In this document: piece after piece, positions 18,743 to 27,487 of the stretch
How positions within the stretch are numbered: position 1 is the first letter of the stretch
Layout: every line of letters starts with the position of its first letter
NCBI GenBank assembly: GCA_963718665.1
Contig: OY970359.1
Span: 1,888,001 to 1,952,000 of the forward strand
Reading direction: 5' to 3'
Source of the DNA: an uncultured Phycisphaerales bacterium
GTDB taxonomy: Bacteria; Planctomycetota; Phycisphaerae; Sedimentisphaerales; Anaerobacaceae
Length of the DNA stretch: 64,000 nt
Notes under the pieces: model-generated
Database searches by the model: none
What the model saw: only the letters and a program-made list of their open reading frames with translations
What the model was told of the DNA's origin: nothing
Program-made: the position numbers and the translations under genes

Positions 18743-20074
18743 TTATTCCAGCGTCCGCAGCGACAAACCGAGATTCGCCAGGACCCTTTTGACTTCGTTC
18801 AAGCTTGTTACGCCGAAATTTTTGCAGCCCAGCAGCTCCGCTTCCGTAATCCGCGTCAGCTCTCCGACCGTGCGCAGGTTGAGCTTCAGCAACGCCTTTT
18901 TCGCCCTGACTGACCACTGCAAATCCACTATCGGCTTGCCGGCCAATCCATGGTCGGCTGCGGGCTCTTCGGCAACACTGGCTGCCGGCACCGGGTCAGT
19001 CGGCCCGAACTGTCTGTCCTCCGGCATCATACCAAGCTGCAGGCCCTTGGAATCCAGGATCACTTTTATCTCACGCAAACTCGTCTCGCCGAAATTCTTA
19101 AACGCAAGCAGCTCCGCTTCGGTTGTCCTCAACAGGTCCCCGAGCGTATTGAGATTCATCTTCTTGAGGCAGTTCCTGCTTCGCACCGAAAGCTCAAAAT
19201 CAGACAACGGCGTTTCGAGAATCTGCATCTTACGGGTCTTCTTCTTCTCTGTCTCCTCGTCGTAAACCATCGTCTTGGAGCTTTGGATATCCTTCAGAAA
19301 CAAATTTGCCCGCTTGTGATTCGGATGACACGCCAGAACCTTCTGCACGCATCGCTCGGCCTTGTCGTAATCCGCCTTGTCCTCGTAAATCACCGCCAGG
19401 TTCAGCAATGCGCTTGTGTAAATCGGCGCCGATGATGTAATCGCCTTGTAGTAGTCAATCGCCGCGTCCTCATCGCCGGAAAGGTCGCAACGGTACGCCA
19501 GATGAAACATCGCTTCCTGATGCTTCGGCGAAAGCTCCAGCGCCGCCTTGTAATTTTCGGCCGCCTCATCATACAGCCCCTGCTTCTCACGCAGCCGGCC
19601 AAGCTGATAATGAAACTCCGCGCTTACGTTCTTAAAATTGGCACAACCTTTAAGCTCTTTTTCCGCTGACTCGAAATTGCCTGCCATGCGGTATGTGGCA
19701 GCTTTCTCCAGCGAAACCGCGAGCGAATCTGCCCCTTGTTTTGCACTGGCGTGGAAGTTCATTATCGCTTCGTCGTAATTGCCAAGCCGACGCAGAGTAG
19801 CCGCAAGGCACATAAACTTCTCTTTGCAGTCGTTGCCCTTCTGCAGTTTCTCGACCGCATCGGCGTCTTTCCCCAGGATAAACAGACCTATGCCCGCGGC
19901 CAGACACCCTTTGCCGCCGGTCTTGCTCATATTCTGCTCGACCTGCTCCGCAAAGGCCAACCGACTTGCCTCGCTCGAATGAACCTGCTCTGACAGCTTC
20001 TTTATTTGTTCTATGCTCAGTGTCTCTTCGCCGAACAAATTAATTCCGCTTTGTGTCTGTGTCGTTGCTTCCAT
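18743..20074 (-). CDS. TPR protein with two RNA polymerase alpha-CTD domains
   Basis: TPR repeats, then ELSVRSRNCLKK...EAELLAFKNFGETSL and WSVRAKKAL...EAELLGCKNFGVTSL; GGAG RBS before ATG 20074. Confidence 0.88.
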   Translation of the reverse strand: MEATTQTQSGINLFGEETLSIEQIKKLSEQVHSSEASRLAFAEQVEQNMSKTGGKGCLAAGIGLFILGKDADAVEKLQKGNDCKEKFMCLAATLRRLGNYDEAIMNFHASAKQGADSLAVSLEKAATYRMAGNFESAEKELKGCANFKNVSAEFHYQLGRLREKQGLYDEAAENYKAALELSPKHQEAMFHLAYRCDLSGDEDAAIDYYKAITSSAPIYTSALLNLAVIYEDKADYDKAERCVQKVLACHPNHKRANLFLKDIQSSKTMVYDEETEKKKTRKMQILETPLSDFELSVRSRNCLKKMNLNTLGDLLRTTEAELLAFKNFGETSLREIKVILDSKGLQLGMMPEDRQFGPTDPVPAASVAEEPAADHGLAGKPIVDLQWSVRAKKALLKLNLRTVGELTRITEAELLGCKNFGVTSLNEVKRVLANLGLSLRTLE

Positions 20075-20220
20075 TAAATCTTCTCCTGAAAAAAAACCGC
20101 CGCCGCTCGGATCCTTGAATTTCGGTTTACCAATAGAAAGCAGCATTATAACCATCCTTACCTTTTTTGCAATACCTTTTTAACTATAGCAGCAATAAGC
20201 ACTTACGCAAAATATCAATC

Positions 20221-20258
20221 TTGCGCATAAAAAAGGCCGGACATTTATACCCGGCCTT
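20221..20258 (-). terminator. Intrinsic terminator, repeat family copy 1
   Basis: Minus strand AAGGCCGG-loop-CCGGCCTTTTTTATGCGCAA after the 20286 gene. Confidence 0.75.
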
Positions 20259-20285
20259 ATGCTTGATTTCTTTCGCCTTATTGAC

Positions 20286-22481
20286 TTAATGCGAACCGCT
20301 GTAAAGTTCGCCAATCTCATTTTCCGACAAGGCGTAATTGTAAATCCGCACGTCGTCGATAAGGCCGTGGAAGCAACGCCCCTTCAGTTCGATGTTCTCG
20401 CCGATACAAACAGGGAAGCCATTTGTTGCGATGGGACCTGTCCGCGGCCTCGAAACATCCAGTTTCCCGTCAACGTATATGCTCATATTTTGTCCGTCAT
20501 AAACGCACATGACGTTATGCCACTGCCCCGAATCGACTGTGGTCTGACCGTTAAGATAATCACGGGCGGAAACGCCGAAGTGAAAGATGTTTTTGGCAAA
20601 AGAGGTTGACAATCGCCAGGCCGAATCGCCCTTGGTAACAATGCCCGTCCATTCCTGCGGGACGTCCGTTATATTTACCCATGCAGATACTGTTATCTGT
20701 TCGTTGATATCAAAATTCGCCTCGTTGCTGATTTCGACGTAATCACCCTTGCCACTGAATTCAAGAGCTCCGCCCGAAACACCGCCCGTCGGCCGCCATA
20801 CAGGATTGCCCTTTAGTGCGCCATTATTGCCGTTGCCGGAGTTGTCGTAGGCGATTGTCCCCGTGCTTTCGTCAAATTTCCACCATCCGACCAGTTTGCC
20901 GGTATTGAAACTCCATACATCGCCGGTCGTTACTTTGCCGTTGGCGTCAGTTCCGTCAACACGCCAGTAATAAGTCGTGTTCCTGTCCAGTTCCTGCACA
21001 ATCATATTACTATCGCCCGAGACATCAGCCAACAGTGATAACCCGTCTGAGGACGTCCCCATATATACCTTGTTTTCAACAGCATACATTCCGGGCATCC
21101 AGCTTAATTCCAAATCCGCAATCTGGCCGCACATAGTCGCATCAGCCGGTTTGGGTTTAATCGCCTTCGGCTGCCTGTTCAGCGGCATCGCCTCAAGTGC
21201 GGCAAGCTCATCGGCGCTTACGGTTTTAACCGTCAGATTGCCGAAGATGACACGGTACTGTTTATCCGAAACCTTCCACCGCATCAGGACGGAATCACCA
21301 AACTCGGCCGTCACTTTATCACCGTGATACACCGGCTCGTTACCTTCCTGAGTCAGCTTTTGGTAGAAAATGAATGGTCCCTGCAATTTCATTGCTTCAT
21401 TGATTAAGTTCTGCTGTAACTGGTCATTCGGCTCAGCACCGCGGGCAACATTTATCTTCTTTGTGAGCCCCTCTTGTGCCTCCAGTACCGCCGCCATGGC
21501 GTTCATTTGGCTTGGATACTTGCCGTCCGTGATTTCAGCAAATAGCTTAAACCCTTCAATCACACCCGTCTCGTCCTGGTTCGGCATTTTCATCTCGCCC
21601 ATCGTCGTGAAATCAGCCGGGATATTGGGTTCGAATAAATCCGGCAAAAGCTCCGTACCCCACTCGAAACCATCCATAACCATTATCATATTAATCTTCT
21701 GCTCGCCGAGTTTCATCTCCCCCTCGGTTTCTATCCTAACGGGATACTCCGTGGCGACATCAACCCACATACGGCCTGTGAAATTGCTGTAAATGCCTTG
21801 AACGGCCGGCGGATTATTAACTTCAATACCCTTGACTTCAACGCCGTTGATTGTATCTTTGCCGAGGTCCTTATATTGCCCCGACCCCCCGGACACAAAT
21901 TGAGTTACTATTGTCCGCGGGTCCTGCATTTGATTTTTTGACTTCGCCAGCTTTTCATCCGTCAGCGCCATACGCATATACTTTTTCTGGGTGGGCATCA
22001 CAATAATCATCGCCTTTTCGCTGGGATTCACATATATCTGCTGCATAGGGATACCATCAAGAGTGGTTTCTAATTTGGTTCCGTAGCTGGATGAGATATA
22101 CATCTTGGACTCGATTTGCTGACTCTTTTGACCGACAGCTCCTCCTGATTGTTGAATATGTATCCTGCAGACACACGTCTTTATCTGTGCCACTTTGTCT
22201 GCGATTTGTGCCCAGGCGCAGCACGTTACCACAGGCGCTTTGCCTGTTATGGCATATATGCCCGTCAAAACCGCGATGATAATTACCGCGGCAACAGCTA
22301 ATTTTGTAATCGGACTTCTCATGATTATCCTCCATGTACTCGGCTTGAACTGGGCCGATTGATTTTTCGTTTTCTCTGCCAGCGCATTATCGACAGCGTT
22401 ATGCACTCTCGCATCCAGCTCGGCGCTGGGGTTAATTTTCAAATCCGCGATTAACTTTTTAATATTGTCATTTGGTCTCAT
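20286..22481 (-). CDS. Putative anti-sigma factor with LolA-like region and C-terminal LamG (ConA-like) domain
   Basis: ATGA overlap with ECF sigma; WRIIMRSPITKLAVAAVII TM; TYYWRVD..GDVWSF; LVGWWKFDE...GLIDDVRIYNYALS. Confidence 0.8.
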   Translation of the reverse strand: MRPNDNIKKLIADLKINPSAELDARVHNAVDNALAEKTKNQSAQFKPSTWRIIMRSPITKLAVAAVIIIAVLTGIYAITGKAPVVTCCAWAQIADKVAQIKTCVCRIHIQQSGGAVGQKSQQIESKMYISSSYGTKLETTLDGIPMQQIYVNPSEKAMIIVMPTQKKYMRMALTDEKLAKSKNQMQDPRTIVTQFVSGGSGQYKDLGKDTINGVEVKGIEVNNPPAVQGIYSNFTGRMWVDVATEYPVRIETEGEMKLGEQKINMIMVMDGFEWGTELLPDLFEPNIPADFTTMGEMKMPNQDETGVIEGFKLFAEITDGKYPSQMNAMAAVLEAQEGLTKKINVARGAEPNDQLQQNLINEAMKLQGPFIFYQKLTQEGNEPVYHGDKVTAEFGDSVLMRWKVSDKQYRVIFGNLTVKTVSADELAALEAMPLNRQPKAIKPKPADATMCGQIADLELSWMPGMYAVENKVYMGTSSDGLSLLADVSGDSNMIVQELDRNTTYYWRVDGTDANGKVTTGDVWSFNTGKLVGWWKFDESTGTIAYDNSGNGNNGALKGNPVWRPTGGVSGGALEFSGKGDYVEISNEANFDINEQITVSAWVNITDVPQEWTGIVTKGDSAWRLSTSFAKNIFHFGVSARDYLNGQTTVDSGQWHNVMCVYDGQNMSIYVDGKLDVSRPRTGPIATNGFPVCIGENIELKGRCFHGLIDDVRIYNYALSENEIGELYSGSH

Positions 22482-23023
22482 TTGTGAACCTCGCCGTTCA
22501 GTGTGGACCGTAATTTTTCCAGGCCGTACCGGTATCGGCCTAATACCGTATTAACCGAAACATCCTGCGATTCGGCTATCGCGGCAAATTTCATTCCGCC
22601 GTGAATATGCAGCAGCACAACCTCTCTTTGCTCGTAGGGCAATTCTAAAATCGCCCGGCTCAAACGCCTGCTTTCCTCGCCGAAAACCGCTTCGCAATCG
22701 GGGCTGTTTGCTTTCGATGTAATCGGCTGCGCATCATCCAGCGAACCCTGGTTATGTCTGGAATTTGCCCTGATTACGTTTCGGGCGGCATTTGCCACGC
22801 AGGTTGCCAGAAAACCCTTCAAACTGCCCGTCAGCCGAAATCGCCTAAGCTGCAAAAACGATACAAACACATCGTGCACGACATCTTCCGCGGCTGCGGT
22901 ATTTTTCAGCAGAGCGACAGCCAGGGCCACGAGCTCGTGTTTATACTTCTCGTATATCCGCCTGACCGCCTCGCAGTCGCCGCGGTTAAATCGCCAGATA
23001 AGTAACTTATCTTCCAGATTCAC
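22478..23023 (-). CDS. ECF sigma-70 family factor
   Basis: AEDVVHDVF; LPYEQREVVLL...MKFAAIA...VNTVLGRYRYG. Confidence 0.92.
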   Translation of the reverse strand: MNLEDKLLIWRFNRGDCEAVRRIYEKYKHELVALAVALLKNTAAAEDVVHDVFVSFLQLRRFRLTGSLKGFLATCVANAARNVIRANSRHNQGSLDDAQPITSKANSPDCEAVFGEESRRLSRAILELPYEQREVVLLHIHGGMKFAAIAESQDVSVNTVLGRYRYGLEKLRSTLNGEVHK

Positions 23024-23096
23024 TCTTCAATTCCCAAGGGTTCGACAATCGACCGTCAATTATACAACACCGAACGAGGATGTTTTAGTATGTTTG

Positions 23097-23130
23097 GGCA
23101 CATAAAAAAGGCCGGACAAGTTGTCCGGCC
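23097..23130 (-). terminator. Intrinsic terminator, repeat family copy 2
   Basis: Minus strand GGCCGGACAA CT TGTCCGGCC TTTTTTATG. Confidence 0.75.
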
Positions 23131-23152
23131 ATGTTAATGAAGTTATTGTCGC

Positions 23153-24472
23153 TTATTGTTTATCAATCGGCCTGGGGAGGTCCGCTTCGGCGGCATCTTT
23201 GACGCTCAGGTCGCCGTAAATAACGTGGTATGTCTGTGAGCCGGCCGGACGATACCAGAAAATCGCGGTATTGGCATCGTCTAACTTGACGCCTTTGCCG
23301 GCATAAACCCATTTGCCTTCGCCCTTGAAGAACCTTATGAACATAACCCCCTTTTGCAGTTTAAGCCCCAGTTGGGTCTTTTCCTCATCCGACACCGTTA
23401 GCTTGTCAAATTTCTCTTTGATAGTCGCCGCATTTTTTACTATGTGCTCAATCGAGATGTCATCGGGGAAAACACCGTCACCAAGGACTTCGGCCTGAAC
23501 GCGCAGCCCCTCGATAAAATCCTCTTCGGTGGAGCTAAAAAGATTCATATCCTGTTTTTCAACTTTGTAACCCTCAGGGGCATTCATATCGAAAAGCGAC
23601 TCATTCATAGGCACGTCGAACCGCATGTTTTTGCAAATCACCTTCACTTGCCCTTCCTGCTGCAGTATTCGCACCGGAAGTCCTGTTTTCGGATCCGCCC
23701 ATATTTCTATCTCAACTTTGGGATGTTTTGCCTTTAAGCCATACAGGGTTTGGCCGTCGATAACCTGGTCACCTATATCTTCGACAGTAAAGCCCGGGAG
23801 TTTTTCAAGCATAGTTATAACGTTGCGAAGCTGGTCCATATAGTTGGGCATCTGCGGCAGGTCCTTAAGCGAGATATACACCGCTTTTTTGTTGGCGGGG
23901 TCGAGATACAGAATTTGCGAGGTGCCCAAATCAATAATACGCACTGCTTCCATACCGCTTAAAGTCCGCCTGATTTTTGACCCCATAATCATATCGTGAA
24001 TCACAGGCGCATTGCCTTCTTCGCCGACGATAATGTCAAATTCCGCGGTATTGGCGTCCAGAATCGAGCGGATGACACAGTCCCAGGCGAGGCACGGTTT
24101 TGTGCCGCTGCCCGCAAAATAGTGAATACCCACAATCACGGCCACGATTATTACCGCGGCCACAGCAAATTTTGTAATCGTACTTCTCATAATGAACCTC
24201 CAGAAGTTCAAGTTTTGTTTATCCTGATTCGCTTTCCGAAGTTTGAGTGCCTGTTCGCGGACGATTCTGTCCATCACTGCATTTTCGAGGTCATCTTTAA
24301 TGCTGCTGGTGCCATTGGCGATAAGACGCTTTTGAAGCGAGGTTATCTGTTCGAGTTCTTTGCGGCACTCGGCACATGTATTCAGATGTGATTTGACCGC
24401 CTGGTTCTGGCCGGCGTCAAGCAGTCCTTCAATGTAACCTACTAAAAGTTCTCTGCATTGGGAGCAATTCAT
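23153..24472 (-). CDS. zf-HC2 anti-sigma factor with extracytoplasmic LolA-like domain
   Basis: MNCSQCRELL...HLNTCAEC; WRFIMRSTITKFAVAAVII TM; IWADPKTGLPVRI; ATGA overlap with sigma. Confidence 0.85.
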   Translation of the reverse strand: MNCSQCRELLVGYIEGLLDAGQNQAVKSHLNTCAECRKELEQITSLQKRLIANGTSSIKDDLENAVMDRIVREQALKLRKANQDKQNLNFWRFIMRSTITKFAVAAVIIVAVIVGIHYFAGSGTKPCLAWDCVIRSILDANTAEFDIIVGEEGNAPVIHDMIMGSKIRRTLSGMEAVRIIDLGTSQILYLDPANKKAVYISLKDLPQMPNYMDQLRNVITMLEKLPGFTVEDIGDQVIDGQTLYGLKAKHPKVEIEIWADPKTGLPVRILQQEGQVKVICKNMRFDVPMNESLFDMNAPEGYKVEKQDMNLFSSTEEDFIEGLRVQAEVLGDGVFPDDISIEHIVKNAATIKEKFDKLTVSDEEKTQLGLKLQKGVMFIRFFKGEGKWVYAGKGVKLDDANTAIFWYRPAGSQTYHVIYGDLSVKDAAEADLPRPIDKQ

Positions 24473-25008
24473 AACTGCACCTCACTTTCCTGTGCTGCTT
24501 CGTCTTTAAGTATCTCTCGCAACCGTGCATAAGCCCTCGAAAGAGACTTGGTCACCGTTCCTATGGGGATATTCATTATGGTCGCGACGTCTTTGCAGGT
24601 GTGCCCGCCATAGTATCGAAGCAAAATCAACTGCCTTGAAAAATCATCGAGCTTGGCAACTGTTTTTGCCAACGGCCAGTCACGTCCGCCTTCGGATTGG
24701 GCGGGCATTTGAGCCAGTTTCTCGGCGGTCTGACGCTCTTTTTGCTCGATTCTTACCTGCTCTTTGGCGACGCGATTGGCAACGCCTAACATCCAGGCGA
24801 AAAACGATTCCGGCTTTTCGAGTGAAGACAAGCCGAAATAGCACCTGACAAATACTTCCTGCAGCGCCTCTTCCGCCAAATCGCTTCTTCCAAGCTGCCC
24901 CGCCAAATACCCCAAAACAGGCCCTTTGTATCGCCGGACGAGGTGTCGAAAATCGTCCGGATGGCCGTCAAGGCAACGCTGAATGTAAAATCCGTCATTT
25001 TCAGGCAT
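24469..25008 (-). CDS. ECF sigma-70 family factor
   Basis: FRHLVRRY, AEEALQEVF, FFAWMLGVA, IPIGTVTKSLSRA; likely start ATG 25008. Confidence 0.92.
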   Translation of the reverse strand: MPENDGFYIQRCLDGHPDDFRHLVRRYKGPVLGYLAGQLGRSDLAEEALQEVFVRCYFGLSSLEKPESFFAWMLGVANRVAKEQVRIEQKERQTAEKLAQMPAQSEGGRDWPLAKTVAKLDDFSRQLILLRYYGGHTCKDVATIMNIPIGTVTKSLSRAYARLREILKDEAAQESEVQL

Positions 25009-25092
25009 TTTCAAGCTCCACATACTAACATATCAAAAAAACCCTGGGTCTTCACTATATAGTGATGCAAACGCCCCTTTTGCGACAAAAAA

Positions 25093-25125
25093 ATAAAAAA
25101 GGCCGGGCAAAACCACCCGGCCTTT
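25093..25125 (-). terminator. Intrinsic terminator, repeat family copy 3
   Basis: Minus strand AAAGGCCGGG-loop-CCCGGCCTTTTTTAT. Confidence 0.75.
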
Positions 25126-25147
25126 ATGTTTGTACACGATATTCAGG

Positions 25148-26773
25148 TCATAATCCGCCGTCAACAACCCATCGTTTTGCGGGATTGTCGTTTCTCACCG
25201 CCAGGTTAAACTTTTTAACACTTGACTCGCGGCACTTCACAAAGTAAGCAGATTGCTCCGCCAACCAGGAGGATTTTCCAACCTCCACGATTGGTAATTG
25301 CTTTTGCACATCCATCCCATACTTTGCTGCCATTTCGCACTCACTCTTGAATTTCTTAGCATAAGAGTCAGGCACGAATTTTCGCATTTCGTTGAAATCC
25401 AACCTTGAAACCGCACCGTAGTATTTCTTCAACACCTCTTGCGGTGACATTTTTGCATAAGTATCGTTATCCGCCAGAACCTCCGGCTCATTCGACCATT
25501 TTATTTCCTCTGTGAGTTGCAGTTTAGAATCATACTCTCCCGTTATTACAAATCGCTTAGCGGAGTTCGCGTTGGAGAGACGCACATTAACTTCTCTCGG
25601 ACGAAGTTTAATTTCATACGGTACAAACCAGCCCGGATACTGACCGGACTTGAATGGTTCTCCCAGAGAGATGACCTGCAATCCGCCAAGATAGCTCTTC
25701 AGATTATCATCCACAGCTGACATAGGCCATAATTTGAGGAATTCACCCCAGTTTTCATCCGCACAGGCCTTAAAAAATGCCTCAGCGGTCTGTTTGGGCG
25801 TCATACTCACATAGGTTTCATTGTCCGGCAGGACCTTGGGCTGCTGTGACCATATAACATCCTGCGGCAACTCAAGCGTGAACAGCCCATCGTCGATTTG
25901 CGGATTGTATTCAATCTCATTGACCTCGAAAATCAGGACATCTCCTTTGTCTGTGTGCACAAATACCTCAAAACCTTTCAGGAGCTTGGTTTCCGCGTCA
26001 AAATAATAGACCTTCTTGTTGTTGGAGTCCGAGATGAACTTGTTCCTGAGGTAATCATTTGTATAGTTGCCGGTTGCTTTACTCTCAATCTCAAGCACTG
26101 ATTTTGGTCTGCTGCTCGATACTTCTCGTCGCAGATGCAATTCACTATCCGGTCGATTTTTAGCTTCCTGTATAGCGCTATCGAGAAGGCCATCAACGTT
26201 CAACAGATGTCCGAACCAGGTATCGAAACAGCCAATAGGATACGGCCTCTCTGCTTTGACGGCGTAATTGGGCCTCATTAACATTATTGTCGAGTTGCCG
26301 TCCGTAACAATCACGCGCTGGGGTTTCTCGATTCGCCATCGCAAAATACCCGCGTCGTCCACTTTCTTCCACATCTCGATTGGCACAAAATCATACTCCA
26401 GGCCGATTAACGCGAAGTTGTCGCCCGGAAGGGTTCGCATCTGCGCCTTGATGTGGATTGACCGCACGTCTTGAATTGCCTTAGTTGCCTCGGTAAGCAC
26501 TTGGACTGCTGCCGAAGCCGTTGGATTTGTCCTGTTCCATATCGTTGCTAAAACCACTACCCCTATTGTTATCACCGCCGCAGCGGCGAATTTGGTTATT
26601 CTGTTGTTCATAATCGTTCTCCATAAACTCATTCCGGCGGCCGGTGCCTTTGCTGCTATGGCCCTGTCAAGGGCGTTCGCGGCGTCGGCAAGAATCCGGT
26701 CTTTGTTAATAACATCCGGTTTGATTCGTATTTCTTTGGCCAGTTTTTCTATCTTTTCGTTATTCATTTTCAC
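25148..26773 (-). CDS. Putative anti-sigma factor with LolA-like region and duplicated C-terminal domain
   Basis: Overlaps ECF sigma; WRTIMNNRITKFAAAAVI TM; repeats WSQQPKVLPDNETYVSMTP / WSNEPEVLADNDTYAKMSP. Confidence 0.75.
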   Translation of the reverse strand: MKMNNEKIEKLAKEIRIKPDVINKDRILADAANALDRAIAAKAPAAGMSLWRTIMNNRITKFAAAAVITIGVVVLATIWNRTNPTASAAVQVLTEATKAIQDVRSIHIKAQMRTLPGDNFALIGLEYDFVPIEMWKKVDDAGILRWRIEKPQRVIVTDGNSTIMLMRPNYAVKAERPYPIGCFDTWFGHLLNVDGLLDSAIQEAKNRPDSELHLRREVSSSRPKSVLEIESKATGNYTNDYLRNKFISDSNNKKVYYFDAETKLLKGFEVFVHTDKGDVLIFEVNEIEYNPQIDDGLFTLELPQDVIWSQQPKVLPDNETYVSMTPKQTAEAFFKACADENWGEFLKLWPMSAVDDNLKSYLGGLQVISLGEPFKSGQYPGWFVPYEIKLRPREVNVRLSNANSAKRFVITGEYDSKLQLTEEIKWSNEPEVLADNDTYAKMSPQEVLKKYYGAVSRLDFNEMRKFVPDSYAKKFKSECEMAAKYGMDVQKQLPIVEVGKSSWLAEQSAYFVKCRESSVKKFNLAVRNDNPAKRWVVDGGL

Positions 26774-27320
26774 ACTCTGTATTCAAAAGGGACCTTACTT
26801 TTTCAATCCCGTAACGATATCTGCTTTGCACCGTGTTGATTGAAGCTCCAACTTGTTCGGCAATCTGCTGAAAGGTCATATCTCCCTGTACGTGCAGGAT
26901 AAATACCTCTCGCTGCTCATAAGGCAGTTGGCCAAGCGCGTCAAACACCTGCTTGGCGCCTTCACTGGTTGTTAGCCGGCTGCTCGGCTCATCGGTATTC
27001 GCCGCAAGCTCAACCAGCCCTACATCCACGTTCGCCGACCTTGTTCTTTTTCGCAGCAGGTCGCGCGCACGGTTTGCGACGCAGCTTATCAGGTAACTCC
27101 GCAGGTTACTGTGAATCCGCAAACCCGGCACAGCCGCCGCAAAATCAATAAACGCGTCGTGAAGGCAATCTTCAGCGGTTTGAACGTCGTGAACAAGCGT
27201 CACGGCAACACTGACTAAAATATCCGTATACTTTTCATAGAGCTGGCGTAAGGCGTCTTTGTCGCCCCTTTGCAGTCGTTTCAATATTTGTTTGTCTTGC
27301 GCCATTCCCAAACTTTCCAA
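26760..27320 (-). CDS. ECF sigma-70 family factor
   Basis: GDKDALRQLYEKY, AEDCLHDAF, LPYEQREVF...INTVQSRYRYG; start may be ATG 27305. Confidence 0.92.
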   Translation of the reverse strand: MESLGMAQDKQILKRLQRGDKDALRQLYEKYTDILVSVAVTLVHDVQTAEDCLHDAFIDFAAAVPGLRIHSNLRSYLISCVANRARDLLRKRTRSANVDVGLVELAANTDEPSSRLTTSEGAKQVFDALGQLPYEQREVFILHVQGDMTFQQIAEQVGASINTVQSRYRYGIEKVRSLLNTECENE

Positions 27321-27433
27321 AGCTATATAGCCGTTGAAGCTTCAACTATTAACCTGACGATTTTAGCGAGTGTTTTAGTTTAAAAAAACCATTTTTTTGG
27401 CCGGATTACTTTTTCGGGGTGGATAAACGTCTT

Positions 27434-27473
27434 TTGCGCATAAAAAAAGCCGGGCATAAATACCCGGCCTTTT
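27434..27473 (-). terminator. Intrinsic terminator, repeat family copy 4
   Basis: Minus strand AAAAGGCCGGG-loop-CCCGGCTTTTTTTATGCGCAA after the DUF1080 gene. Confidence 0.75.
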
Positions 27474-27487
27474 GGTTTTTGCCTGTA

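Noticed and set aside
20221..27473. CRISPR-like or integron attC repeats
   Set aside because: Copies are kilobases apart, imperfect and terminator-shaped; no cas or intI genes; no RYYYAAC/GTTRRRY ends
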